Assembly (NCBI GenBank): GCA_964016885.1
Contig: OZ024741.1
Coordinates: forward strand, 340,380,001-340,444,000
Origin: Eledone cirrhosa
Lineage: Eukaryota
Direction: 5' to 3'
DNA: 64,000 nucleotides
The translations under genes were made by a program, and so were the position numbers. Positions 37,706 through 49,887 of the stretch are shown here, piece by piece (the stretch's first letter is position 1; every line of letters starts with the position of its first letter). The notes beneath the pieces were generated by a model, which saw only the letters and a program-made list of their open reading frames with translations, did no database searches and was not told where the DNA came from.

Positions 37706-38192
37706 AATAATAATAATAATAATAATAATGAAATTATTGTGTAAAGTGCTCAGGTGCACCACAAGGCGGTCAATGTCCTGAGCAAGATAGGGGTTCCAGA
37801 CTGGTGATGCAAATTCTAAGTGTGGTCGCACCATAGCTGTATACAGCCTTAAATAGATATCTGGAGAGCGGCTGACAAAGGTCTTGCTGAGTGATGCTAA
37901 GACACCCTCGGCCCTCTTGACAATTTTAGAGACGTGCCTCGTCCAACGCAAATCGCTGCTGACCGTAATGCCCAGGTCACGTTCACAGGAAGACTTCTTG
38001 ATATTAGTGCTGTGGAGGGAGTATGTGGACGCTGGGTTTTTACTCCCAAAATGCATGGTGGTGCACTTGTCCACAGCTAGCTTGAGTTGCCAGTCTGAGA
38101 TCCACTGTTGCATTGTGTCCAGGTCAGACTGCAAGCAAGATCTATAGTGTTCAGATCTGTCCTTTTTATCTCAAGGTACAGCTTGATGTCGT
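37706..38192 (-). mobile_element. CR1-like LINE 3' fragment with internal deletion
   Basis: QSDLD, WQLKLAVDKC, ERDLGI, VRPHLEFASPVWNPY; (ATT)n tail; matches 45860-46280. Confidence 0.9.
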
Positions 38193-38925
38193 CTTTCTAA
38201 TAATTTTCGAGCCAAGCCAGCACGCTCGCGGCATTACCTCAGGTGATGGCGAGGCTGATACGCTGGAACAGCCAAGCGACCTCACGAGCATCACCTCTGT
38301 TAGGCGAGCCGCCAGTGAAGATAAGAATCTCGCGTGCATGTTTTCATCTACCTTCACCCCTCTTTATAGACACACACAAGTCTGTTGGCTTGTATCAAAC
38401 ATTTGACCCTTGTGGTGTCTGACCGATTAGCGCACTTAATGTTGAATTGATGTTTTTTTTTTATCCCTTGCTAGGATTATTTTGTGTATTATATTTATAA
38501 GATTCCTAGCAATAATTGATTAATTACATGTATGTACTTCTATTTAATCTTATATACTTATTATATGATAATAAACTTGCCTTAATGGTATATAAATTGC
38601 ATTTATATACTAACATAAATTGTGTTTATGCACTAATATAAAGTGTCTGTATAGTTATATATTTATATATAAATTGTGTTTATCAATAAAGGAAGAGTAT
38701 TGAGCTCTCTCTCCTTGCATAATTTATTTATTGTCATCACGAAATTGAAAGGCCCGATTTTCTAAATTTATGTTTAGTCTACAACAAACACAGGATCAAA
38801 AGTATTTTGTTATTAATTAATGTTCATTTGTTTCTATTGTAGACCCTATTCAATATAAACATTGTATTATATGTACAAGACCATATTTACATAGGGAGAT
38901 ACTTAGAGTTATAAAAGCATGGAAG

Positions 38926-39390
38926 GGCATACGTCAAAACGGCCGGTCTCAAAAGTGAAACTAATTTTTGACAGTTACGTACGTCATTATTTTCAATTTG
39001 GATTGTGAATACGTGATATTTTTTTACACACATCCACAAACTTATTGATGTATATACACATGTACAACATATATATGTATGTATATGTACACATATACAC
39101 ACATATATATATATACAAACACATATATATATACAAACACACATATATATATATATACAAACACACATATATATATATACATACACACACACTTATATAT
39201 ACACACATATACACACCCACACATATATATATATATATATTAAGAAATCCATACAATTGCGTGTGTCTGCATTATAGTCATCTCGAAGTTTATACAGGAC
39301 TATATATACACAAATCTATTCAGATGAGTGAGTGTACGTAACTGTCAAAAATTAGTTTCACTTTTGAGACCGGCCGTTTTGACGTATGCC
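38926..39390. mobile_element. Mutator-like MITE
   Basis: Perfect 57-bp TIR GGCATACGTCAAAACGGCCGGTCTC...; perfect 9-bp TSD GCATGGAAG at 38917-38925 and 39391-39399. Confidence 0.9.
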
Positions 39391-39686
39391 GCATGGAAGT
39401 ATGAAATAATGAAAGTATTAGGTTCCTTTCTTTATTTCCAAGTAATTAAAATATACTTTCATATAAAAAAAAAACTAATTTAAAAAAAAATTACTTAGAT
39501 TTTTGCTTTTCTAATTTTTAATTAGTATTATAATTTCATCAACATACTCGTCAATCTACACCTTCAAAAAAAGGTATCTCTCTGCAAAGTCATAAAAGTA
39601 TGAATGTCTTCGATTTGAAATCGAACTCGGATCGCCGATTTAGAAGAAAAAGTTTGTGTGTCTGTTGAAAACGAGGCTGGCGAGCT

Positions 39687-39767
39687 ATGGCGTCTGTTGA
39701 TGCCTCATATCCATCGTATCTGTTCCGTGGTTGTTGTGGCGATAACACCATGATAGACTTCAGCAAG
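39687..39767 (+). CDS. PEMT-like: PEMT-like gene, coding exon 1 (MASVDASYPSYLFRGCCGDNTMIDFSK)
   Basis: gctATGG start in a CpG-rich patch; donor AAG|GTAATC phase 0; GCCG...IDF resembles DCCG...IDFRQ of the long vertebrate PEMT isoform (recalled). Confidence 0.8.
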
Positions 39768-39961
39768 GTAATCGAACATATTTTATTACAGTTGAATTTT
39801 TCTATTTGTAATATATAGCATTTCTTTAAAAGAAAAAAACAATGAAAAATGAGATAGATATTCAATTAATACATATAGTTCGTCTGTTATTGTTGACAAA
39901 CTGCATGTCAAAAGAAGTGTCGAGTAAAATTATTATATATATGTTTTATATATATATACAA

Positions 39962-40250
39962 TTATAAAACCATATTTATTCTATTATATATATTTCAAGG
40001 GTACCAAAAACTTTGGTACGCTTTCATCAGATAAAATACAAAGCGTGTTTTATAAATTTTGACATAGCCAAGGAACGTACCTTATCAGTTGAATTTTCCT
40101 TGGATAGTCAAGGAATACTTCAACTGATAAGGTACGCTCCTTGGCTATGTCAAAATTTATAAAACACAATTTGTATTTTATCTGTTGAAAGCGTACCAAA
40201 GTTTTTGGTACCATTGAAATATATATAATAGAATAAATATGGTTTTATAA
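39962..40250. repeat. Near-perfect ~290-bp palindrome in PEMT-like intron 1
   Basis: ttataaaaccatatttattctatta...ttccttg mirrored by caaggaa...gaataaatatggttttataa. Confidence 0.92.
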
Positions 40251-40449
40251 ATATAGTTTCCATTTATTTAATATCATTGAATATTTACTCCAGTAAAATT
40301 GTCGAGTGCTCTGAATCAGTTATAAACATTTATATTTGTTGAATTATCAACAAATTGAATATCCCTTCTGCTTATATATATATACGTGTGATATGACTGT
40401 TGAGAGAATGAGTACTCGACACTGGAGTAGAGTTTAATAATATTCTAAA

Positions 40450-40514
40450 TGATGATTCTTGCCTGATGATCTTGTGAGCACACAGGGGAAACTCCAGAGA
40501 AACAAGATTCATCA
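40450..40514 (+). ncRNA. Degenerate type I hammerhead ribozyme-like motif
   Basis: CTGATGA 40463-40469; stem II TCTTGTG/CACAGGG; GAAA 40488-40491; stem III CTC/GAG; stem I TGATGATTCTTG/CAAGATTCATCA; cleavage triplet reads GAA rather than GUH. Confidence 0.55.
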
Positions 40515-41945
40515 GCTAGATATATATATATATATATAATATTACAGTATAGGTAGCTAAGTCTGTAGACGGGTGTATTTAATTTGTCGTTTTGTCATTT
40601 TCCTGCATGTTAGATTGTTGGTAGTGATTTGATTAAAAGCCTGTCGTCAGAATATGTGTGTAATATAGTATGACTATTACAACTGGAGCAGAAACAGATC
40701 AGATCACACTGAACACATAAATAAACAGTTGAAGAGAAATCTGGGCACAGTCTGGTATTTAATCATATTATATAAATCTTTTTACACATTTGAGACACAT
40801 TCAAACACTTCTCTTGAGACATACATAGTACATTAACATGAAAGCGAGCGATACCTGATTGATTTGTATTTGTAAATTCTAAATGATTTATTTGTAATAG
40901 CAAAATATCACAGGCATGGACATCACATTACCACTTTTTCTCGTTTCTGCAGGAAATCTGTCTACTTAAAACGAAAGAACACCTATGTTTTATGGTACAT
41001 AAATGGCAGTGGTTCTCATGCTGGGTCCATATAATATCTATTTGTAAATGCGCTAAACTCTATGTACATGTTATGTTTATCGCATATCGAAGTTTTCTGA
41101 ACATTTTAGAGTGTAAAAAGCTAAACTAATCACTACAACTAAATTGACCAAATTTGACACCCCAATTCAGAAATGCTTCCACTGCCCCTGATTTAAGAAC
41201 TTGTGGAGTCCACATACATGCAAAATGAAATATATAGCAAATTGGGTAGAATTTTAGAGGTTCATGAAAAAGTGTCCCTTTTAAAAGAAAATATATTTTA
41301 TCACCTCATCCCAAGTCTTCTTGGGCCTCCCCACTTCAATGTCCATCAATGGTTCTTAGCTGCTATTTTTAGCGCTCTTTTGGTCTATTCACACCACCAT
41401 ATGCTATAAAACGCACACGTCTTTCCTCTATACCATGCGTGTTTTCTTAGTTATAATCGGATGGTTAGTAGACTTTAATATATTCTTTTCGTTGATTTAT
41501 ATTCACCATTCCTTCCGTAGGTAATATGTTTGTCATTCTGGTGGCTTTTGACCCCCTATGATTGAACACATATCTCTATGTGTACTTCTCTCTATCTGTT
41601 GATTTACACAAGCAACCACACACACACACACACACACACGTGTGTGTGTATTATATATGTTGTGTGTTTATGTTAATATATATGTGTGTGTGTTTATGTG
41701 TTTATGTTAATATATATGTGTGTGTGTTTATGTATATATTATATAATATATATGTGTGTGTGTTTATGTATATATTATATATGTGTGTGTGTGTGTTTAT
41801 GATATATATATATATAAATTGGCACTGTTGGTGGTGATACCAAATAGTGGTTAGTTCTACAGGGAAAGTAAACTGGAGACAGAATTGTTGTATAGACTAA
41901 AAACAACACCCTATATACATATATGTATTTGTATGTATGTGTGTC

Positions 41946-42077
<132 letters not shown>

Positions 42078-42079
42078 GT

Positions 42080-42331
42080 GAAGGCACATGGCTTAGTGGT
42101 TAGAATGTGTTGTTTCCTTGAGCAAGACACTTTATTTCACACTGCTCCAGTTTACTCAGCTAAAGAAATGAGGTGTTAGGACTGGGGTTCCTATCATTCC
42201 ACTGCAAAGTGGTCGTGGAGGTGCCATGGCAAAAAAGCACCCAGCCCACACTGTAAAAGTGGATGTGGAGGCACCATGGAAAAAAAGCACCCAGCACTCA
42301 CTGTAAACGATGTTGGTGTTAGGAAGGGCAT
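42080..42331 (+). mobile_element. SINE family B, internally deleted
   Basis: ggcacatggcttagtggttaga...ccttgagcaagacactttatttcacac...ggtgttaggaagggcatc. Confidence 0.8.
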
Positions 42332-42480
42332 CTTTTGATTTTGTTATTGCAAAAGGTAAGATATTTATCATATTTATGACTTATTTTACTAATGAACATT
42401 CATTTTCCATAGAATTTAGTTAGTTTTTAAAGTGCAATAAATTGGTCATACTACTAGCAGGGAAAGTGGATGTTAAATGT

Positions 42481-42660
42481 TAATAATAATAATAATAATG
42501 AAATTATTGTGTACGGTGCTCAGGTGCACTACAACTCGTCAAAGGTGCATGTATAGTACATAGAATAATATACAAATGTCAGGGAAGTGAATAGTGTATG
42601 AATCATGATATACATGTGTGTGTGTATGTATGGAGGAGAGATATTGGGTGTAGTGTTGAT
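42481..42660 (-). mobile_element. CR1-like 3' end
   Basis: (taa)n gaaattattgtgtac.gtgctcaggtgcactacaac matches 46740-46810 reversed. Confidence 0.8.
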
Positions 42661-43942
42661 GATGAATTCACAAGACATTTTTTTTATACAATTCCTAATA
42701 ATATTTAATTATAACAATATAATAGGGTTTTTTAAACATTGAATAACTATGTGGGTTCACCCGAGTAAAATAGGAATCCAAGGGGTTCATAGTTAAAAAA
42801 GGGTTGAGAACCACTGGTATATAGTTTAGTTCCTCTAGCTTCTTAGTTCAATTTCTACGACTAAGGAGTCAATGAGGAAACCTTCCTTATAGTATCAAAT
42901 ACAAGAAAAAGGGATTTGTAATATATTAGAGTTCTTTAAACTGACCTCTTTCACTTCCCAGTTTAACTAATGGTCTTTATTTGCTCAATATTTGTAGGCT
43001 TGCCATAATTTTAGATATCCAAATACTTCCTTTTCATGCTGGTCCCTGTCAAGACCTCTGTTGTCCTTGGTCTGTGAATTGTCATTTTCTTTTTCAAAAT
43101 TGGGTGGAGTGCATCCTGCCTTAGGAAGGCCCTGTGAGGAGTAGTGGCTAATGTACAATGTGTCACTGACTATTCTCTGTCGCAATGCTTTGCCATTTTG
43201 TCTGCAGGATGCAGCTAAAATATAACCTCACAAACCAGAGGGCCTGGGAATTTTTTACTGCAAATATATTAACATAATTGCATGTTAATATATTGAAAGC
43301 AGTCACTACGAAGCGAAGTGCTGAAGTAATAAATACATGTGAGCTGGTAAGATGTACAATTTGTCTTGATCACTTAGACGGTTAAACTCTGCCTCTCCAC
43401 CTCCTTTCACTATTTAATTAAAAAGAAATATTGCAAATATATAATTTAATTGAAATTTGTTGAATAAAGTTTTTATACGTTTTCAGAGGTGAAACCATGA
43501 CCAAAGTTAGTTGAAGCACGGACCATGGGAATTGGAACTGGGACCAATGAGAATATCACACAAGATGTGAAGAACCACAGTATGTGGGTTGGGTATTGAG
43601 AGTGAGTCTCATCTCCTCACAAGCAAGTGTGTTGGGGGATTTTTTTACTGCAAATATATTATGATGATTGCATGTTTTCTTCTTATATGGAGGCAGTCTC
43701 TAGCAAGTGCTGAAGTAATACATATAAGCTAGTATGATGTACAATTTGTCTTGATCACTTAGATGGTTAAGAGTCAGGTTGAAGGTCATAGAAAGATGGG
43801 GAACAGAAACAGAGTTGTACAAAGCAGCTATTTTTTACTTTACAGCACATGTAAAATATTTCTAGTTATTAATATTTTCATAAGAAAGTAAATTTTAAAA
43901 TCTAATACTTTTAATTTATTATTAAATATATTTTCTTTTCAG

Positions 43943-44050
43943 TTGGAATTATTTCCTGATTTCTTCCCTGACTCTCGGATTATGTGGTCTGACATCAAAC
44001 TTTGGATATTGTTAGGTATCATCGTGATAGTTCTTCCTCTCTGGTTGATG
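43943..44050 (+). CDS. PEMT-like: PEMT-like exon 2 (LELFPDFFPDSRIMWSDIKLWILLGIIVIVLPLWLM)
   Basis: ttttcttttcAG acceptor; ATG|GTATGT donor; 108 nt, phase 0/0; hydrophobic helix. Confidence 0.85.
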
Positions 44051-44414
44051 GTATGTTTTACTCTAACTAAACCTTACTTTCTTAACCCTTTCCATAACAT
44101 ATTTCTAATGAAAGACTATTACATATATCACTTTCCACATTATATATTGTATACAATGCTTCAAGCGAACTATAACATTTTATTACTATATGATTTTCAA
44201 ATAATTTTGTGGTTCGGGTGTTTGGCTCACAATCATAACATTTTGAGTTTCATATCTGGACCAGACAGCATTTTGTGTTATTGAGCAAGATGCTTTGTTT
44301 TATGAGCCCCTGTCATTAAGACATCCAAGAAACCTCATGTGAGATGTAACCTCATAGAAAGTCAGTTAAACCTGCATAGCTGTAATTTTTATTTTATGTG
44401 TGTATGTGCTACAA

Positions 44415-46810
44415 AGCAATAACTTCCTTGAGCTAGTGCTGGACTCGAACTGGTCCCAAGTAGTCACCTCTCCAACAAGAGGTGACAACACTTTGGACCT
44501 ACTCTTCACCACTACTCCTGAAACGGTTATTAGTGTTACTACTGAGGAACCTTTAGATGACTCTGATCATGCTATGATCATTGCCAATCTATCCCTCTTG
44601 GGCAGTAACAAAAACCACAACCATCTCCAAACTGCTCACTTTGACTGGAATAAAGCAGACTGGAACTGTTACTGTGCCGAGTTGCAACGTCCAAACTGGC
44701 TTGAGTTCTATGACTCTGGAGATGTCAACACTGTACTCCAGAACATCCTGAGCTCAATATGGATAGCATCGGTGCCACGTAAGCAGAGAAAACATCCCAA
44801 AAGTGCAATTTGGGAGACTGCAGCAGTCCGTCTTGCCAGAAAAGAACATCGTAATGCTGGACGTGAGTACAAACTGCATAAATCAGATATCAATAGGAAG
44901 AAGCAAAATAAATCATCCAACCATCTCAAACAGGTGACAAAAAAGGCAGTGCTTCAATTTGAGCAGCGCATAGTAACCAGCCCTGACAGTAAGGTGTTCT
45001 GGAAGTATGTTCACTCAAAGCAGAGGCTTCTCTCTCCAGTTGGTCCTCTTCGCAATCCCCACACAAGCCAGGTTACTGACGACCCCAAGGAATAAGGAAT
45101 CCGCAGAGCTCTTTGCTGAATACTATGCAGGCATTTTCACTATTGAAGACCAGAGTGTACCGTCTCCACCACCTCTGACATCGGATTCTATTACAACTAT
45201 GGAATTTACACCTGCAATGCTGCGACGTCACCTTAAAAATAGACGCCTCTTCTGGTCTTGATGATGTTATGTACCTGCTTCTCAAACGTGGTAGATACTT
45301 CCTTCTGCACCAGCTATCACGCTTCTTCCAATTCTGTCTGAACAATGGTGCTACTTCAGAACAGTGGAAAACTGCCAGTGTCATTCCTCTGTTCAAAAAG
45401 GGTGACCGCACATCACCTGTGAACTATCATCCAGTCAGTCTTACTAGCTGCATTGCCAAACTGATGGAATCCTGTGTCAGAGAAACGCTTTGGAACTTCT
45501 GGAACTCTCAGCTGCTGTGATCAACTTATCGTGTTTCTTGAAGACATCACCCAGATCACTGATGGCAGCTCATGGGTGGATGTTGTTTACTTTGACTTTG
45601 CTAAAGCTTTCAATTCTGTGCCACACAAAAGACTTATGGCAAAACTCTCTGCAATGGGTGTGAAGGATGATCTTTTTAACGGGTTGAAGTCCTTCATTCT
45701 CAGTCGAAGAAAGGTAGTCACGGTTCTAGGACAGCATTCCTCACCATTTGAGATGTCATCTGGTGTACCACAGGGATCTGTTCTTGGGCCCCCTTTTGTT
45801 TGTTGCATATATTAATGACATAGATGCCAACTTAAAGAATGCCACAGTACTGAAATATGCAGATGACATCAAGCTGTACCTTGAGATAAAAAGGACAGAT
45901 CATGAACACTATAGATCTTGCCTGCAATCTGACCTGGACACAATGCAACAATGGATCACAGACTGGCAACTCAAGCTAGCTGTGGACAAGTGTACCACCA
46001 TGCATTTTGGGAGTAAAAACCCAGCATCCACAACTCCCCCCAAAACACTAATATCAAGAAGTCTTCTTGTGAACGTGACCTGGGCATTACGGTCAGCAGC
46101 GATTTGTGTTGGACGAAGCACGTCTCTAAAATTGTCAAGAAGGCTGAGGGTGTCTTAGCATCACTCAGCAAGACCTTTGTCAGCCGCTCTCCAGCTATCT
46201 ATTTAAAGCTGCATATAACTATGGTCGGCCACAGTTTGAATTTGCATCACCAGTCTGGAAACCCTATCTTGCTCAGAACATTTACCGCCTGGAAACTGTT
46301 CAGAGACGTGCAACCAAGCGAAAACCCTCCATCAGGCATCTACCATACTCTGAACGCCTTGGCATGGATACATTGAAGCTCCAACGTCTGGCAACTGACT
46401 TGGTAAACACCCACAAAATTATTAACCATCTTGCCAACAACAACCCTGAGTACCTTTTTGATTTCCATGTATCTAACACGTGGGCATGCCCACAAAGTAA
46501 GAAAACAGCACAGCTCCCATGACTTTCGGAAACATTTTTTCATGCTCAGAGTTGCTGAAGCATGGAACAAACTACCTGTGTCAGTTATTAGCTGTCAAGA
46601 CAATGCATCCTTTAAAACCTCCATGCTTCCTGAGATTCGCTAAGACTACACCTGATATTCCCCCTCCATACACATGCACACATGTATATCATGACTCGTA
46701 CACTATTCACTTCCCTGACATTTGTATATTATTCTATGTACTATACATGCACCTTTGATGGGTTGTAGTGCACCTGAGCACTGTACACAATAATTTCATT
46801 ATTATTATTA
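44415..46810 (+). mobile_element. Decayed CR1-like LINE (APE C-terminus plus RT) in PEMT-like intron 2
   Basis: SPTRGDNTLDLLFT, SDH, PLFKKGDR...NYHPVSLTS, YFDFAKAFNSVPH, GVPQGSVLGP, YADD, TRGH, FF.LRV..WNKLP; (ATT)n tail. Confidence 0.92.
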
Positions 46811-46907
46811 TCATATTGATGGCATTTATAAAAGATGCCAAAATTGTTTATGTCTCCTATAAATAATGTAGTGGTGGCAGAGGTTATAGCGATATATTAT
46901 TTTTCAG

Positions 46908-47008
46908 GTGTGTACAATATTTTTGAAGAAGAAATTGGACAATAGCCATCAAGGAGATCTCATTTATGCCATGGCGACAGCAGTGCTTCTTGTGCCTTCT
47001 TTCATTGG
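46908..47008 (+). CDS. PEMT-like: PEMT-like exon 3 (VCTIFLKKKLDNSHQGDLIYAMATAVLLVPSFIG)
   Basis: tatttttcAG acceptor; GG|GTAATA donor; 101 nt, phase 0/2. Confidence 0.85.
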
Positions 47009-47549
47009 GTAATAGACCGTTCTTCGCTTATTCATTATTTGATTCGTGCAGGCATGGCTGTGTGGTTAAGTTAAGGTTTCAGGTACTATCCCTCTACACA
47101 GCACATTGGGCAAGTATCTTCTTTCTATAGCCACTGTCTGACCAATGCCTTTTGTGTGAATTTGGTAGACAGAAACCGTGAAAGAAAACCATTGACTATA
47201 TATATCTTGCTAGCAGGGAAAGCAGACGTTAAAACGAATATATATATATATGATTCATACATGTATCGCGTATTGTGCTACCTTAGGTTTCAAGGACTAG
47301 ACATAGCAACAGTGTAAAACTTAGCCATGACATCAGGCACAGAGAAAATGTCTGGATAAGATCTTGTAATAAAATCGCATGTGGAAAGGGGCCATAACTT
47401 CGAAAATGTGATTTGTTTTTGAAGGGAGGTAACTCTTGTGAATTGTGTGTCCCTGTGTTTGGTTTGTTGTTAAATTGATAGTGTGATGTATATTATGGAA
47501 GACAGTTGCAGGCACAAGCGCTTGGCATGCAGGAAAGAGTGACATACAT

Positions 47550-48310
47550 AAATATATTAATGTGTTGGAATTATGGTAGACGTAGTACATTTATTGACTG
47601 GATATATGATGGTTGGCCCTTCCGTGATGATAGCAGGTGTCTCTTTCCCTAACTAGCTGTACTAGAACTCTTTCTATCACTTTCATAACTTGGTCCATTA
47701 GTTTTATTCCTCTGTAGCTGTTTCATTCCACACCATCACCTTTTCCCTTGTAGCAATTAACGAATGCACTACTGCACCTGTCATTGGGTATGAATTTGTC
47801 CTGTATTATCTGGTTTACTACATGGGTGACTAGTTTAACTCCTACTTCTGATGGTTTTAGCATTTTAGCAACTAACTCTCATGGTCCTACAGCTTTACCA
47901 TTCTTCATCTTGATTACTTCTTAGACCCGATAACTGTCAATTTGACTTCCCTCTGGTGGATAAGTTGGAGGTAGTTTCTTTTTCTCCCATTCATCAACCT
48001 CACATAGTAACATTTCCAGACCTCTTTCTTTTGAGCATTGCTCAAATGATGCTAAATGCACCAGTGTCATTTCAAACACACTCTTCTACAACATTCTGAT
48101 TCTCACTAACACACTGCTTTGCAATGCTGAACACCTCATATCGCAAGACATTGGCAAACCTTTCGGCCTGTTTCTGTGCTGTGAATACTTCTAGCTTCTC
48201 TCTTAGCTATCTGGTACTAGTTTCTGCTAACCCCATTTTCCCAGTCTTTCCATGCCTGTCGCTTGTTTTTAATGCCTCTGTCTACTGTGCTGTTCCACAA
48301 CCAGTGTAAA
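47550..48310 (-). mobile_element. Old RTE fragment
   Basis: Reversed KMKNGKAVGP, NCYKGKG and NYRGIKLMDQVMKV motifs. Confidence 0.75.
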
Positions 48311-48429
48311 GAGCAGCAAGGAACTAACTAGTTTCAAGAAGCAAAGGTAGATTGAGGGGACAGCAGATCTTGTGGTCCTGAGGTTGAAGTGTGTTGGTGA
48401 GGAACTTCATGCCAATTGATCAGGAATCT

Positions 48430-48612
48430 ATTGGATGTGGTCTAGGACATCCTTATGTACAGCAACATCATTGTAATAAATGTGATCTAGGATGTCCTTA
48501 CCTGTAACATCATTGTCTCAGATGTGGTCAAGAATGTTGTAGCAATATCATTGTCACAGATGTGATCTAGGATGTGTTTATTATATGTAGCAACATCATC
48601 ATCACAGATGTC
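48430..48612. repeat. ~40-bp minisatellite, about 4 copies
   Basis: atgtg.tc.ag.a..t.....tg(t)a.caa.atcat.gtca recurs. Confidence 0.75.
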
Positions 48613-48961
48613 AGGGCAGTATGCTTATTTGGATCTCACTTGATCCTTTCTTAGTTAAAAGGAAGGGCAGTGTCTATGATCTTTTTTTAGAATATTGAAG
48701 ACTGTTGGGAGGGAAGGAGTTACCCTCCAAACTAAAGACCTGGACTGAATACTTGCAACAGAGTGATCTCAATTAAGTCTGCCTCTCTAACCACCCTGCC
48801 AACCCACCTCCCCAGACTAGTATTATATTTATTGACCCTGAAAGCAACTGTTGGGAGCTCATGTATTTTCTACCCCTGAAGAGGAAAGCCATTGATTTTT
48901 GGTTTCTTGTTGATACTGTAAGCTTCAGTTTTATTGATTATTGATTACTTTTAATTAATAG

Positions 48962-49107
48962 TTTCTTGAAATTGATTTTTGACCAACCTCACTGGAGTTT
49001 TCTTCAATCAAATATGTTTCTTCTAACTGGATATTTCTTAATCTTGATTGGAGTCTGTCAAATTCACCATGGAATTAAGTCTTTGGAGATATCCCATATG
49101 TTGAAAG
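48962..49107 (+). CDS. PEMT-like: PEMT-like exon 4 (FLKLIFDQPHWSFLQSNMFLLTGYFLILIGVCQIHHGIKSLEISHMLK)
   Basis: acttttaattaatAG acceptor; AAG|GTAAGA donor; 146 nt, phase 2/1, compatible with both neighbours; QP and GxxLxxxG correspond to PEMT. Confidence 0.85.
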
Positions 49108-49766
49108 GTAAGAATAATACAGTAAGCTTTTTTAAACATTTGATTAAATTAACTCCAGTATATATTATTGGTATTTCTTATTCCTATTGACCCTAGAGGG
49201 ATGTTGAGCTCACAATTGTTAGCTCATCAGTTTCATTCACAAACCAGCCAGTGCATTGCGTCCTTGAGCAAGATATTTTATTTCACATTTTTCCAGTTCA
49301 CGCAGCTGGCAAAAATGTGTTGTACTTGTAATTCAAAGCACCAGTCTTATCACACAGCCTATCTCATACTGAATGCTCAGACAGACACTTGCACATTAAT
49401 ACAAGATAGATTGTACCTGTAATTCAAATTTATTTCATGCTACTCCAGTTCACACAGCTATAAAATAATGAATTATTGCAATACTGTATTGATCTTTGTC
49501 TTTTCTGCTGATCTTCCTCAAAGCACCTTGTCCAGGTTCATGGCTTGGAGTAGAACTTTCAAGTGGTGCAAACCCATGGTCAAAGGGGACTTATTTTTAT
49601 CAATATGGTTGAAAAAAACTACAAATCTAAATTGCAACTGTATAACAGAGAGATGTCTTAGTAGAATGGCAGCCAGCCACTGATATGTTTGGTACTAAAA
49701 TAGATATTGTATTCATTTAGAATATTATTGTTTCTTATATCACTTTTTGAGTTTTCTTGATTTCAG

Positions 49767-49887
49767 ACTCTTCCAGTAAAACTTCCATGAAGAAGACTCC
49801 AGGATTCCCAACTTGCACCAATTTACTTGGTGTAGAATCAATTCTGTATTTAGGAAACAGCTTATTGTATTTAGGAGCATCGTTAAT
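49767..49887 (+). CDS. PEMT-like: PEMT-like exon 5 (DSSSKTSMKKTPGFPTCTNLLGVESILYLGNSLLYLGASLI)
   Basis: ttttcttgatttcAG acceptor; AT|GTAAGT donor; 121 nt, phase 1/2; FP...YLGNSLLYLG aligns to FP...YWGSTANYLG. Confidence 0.87.
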
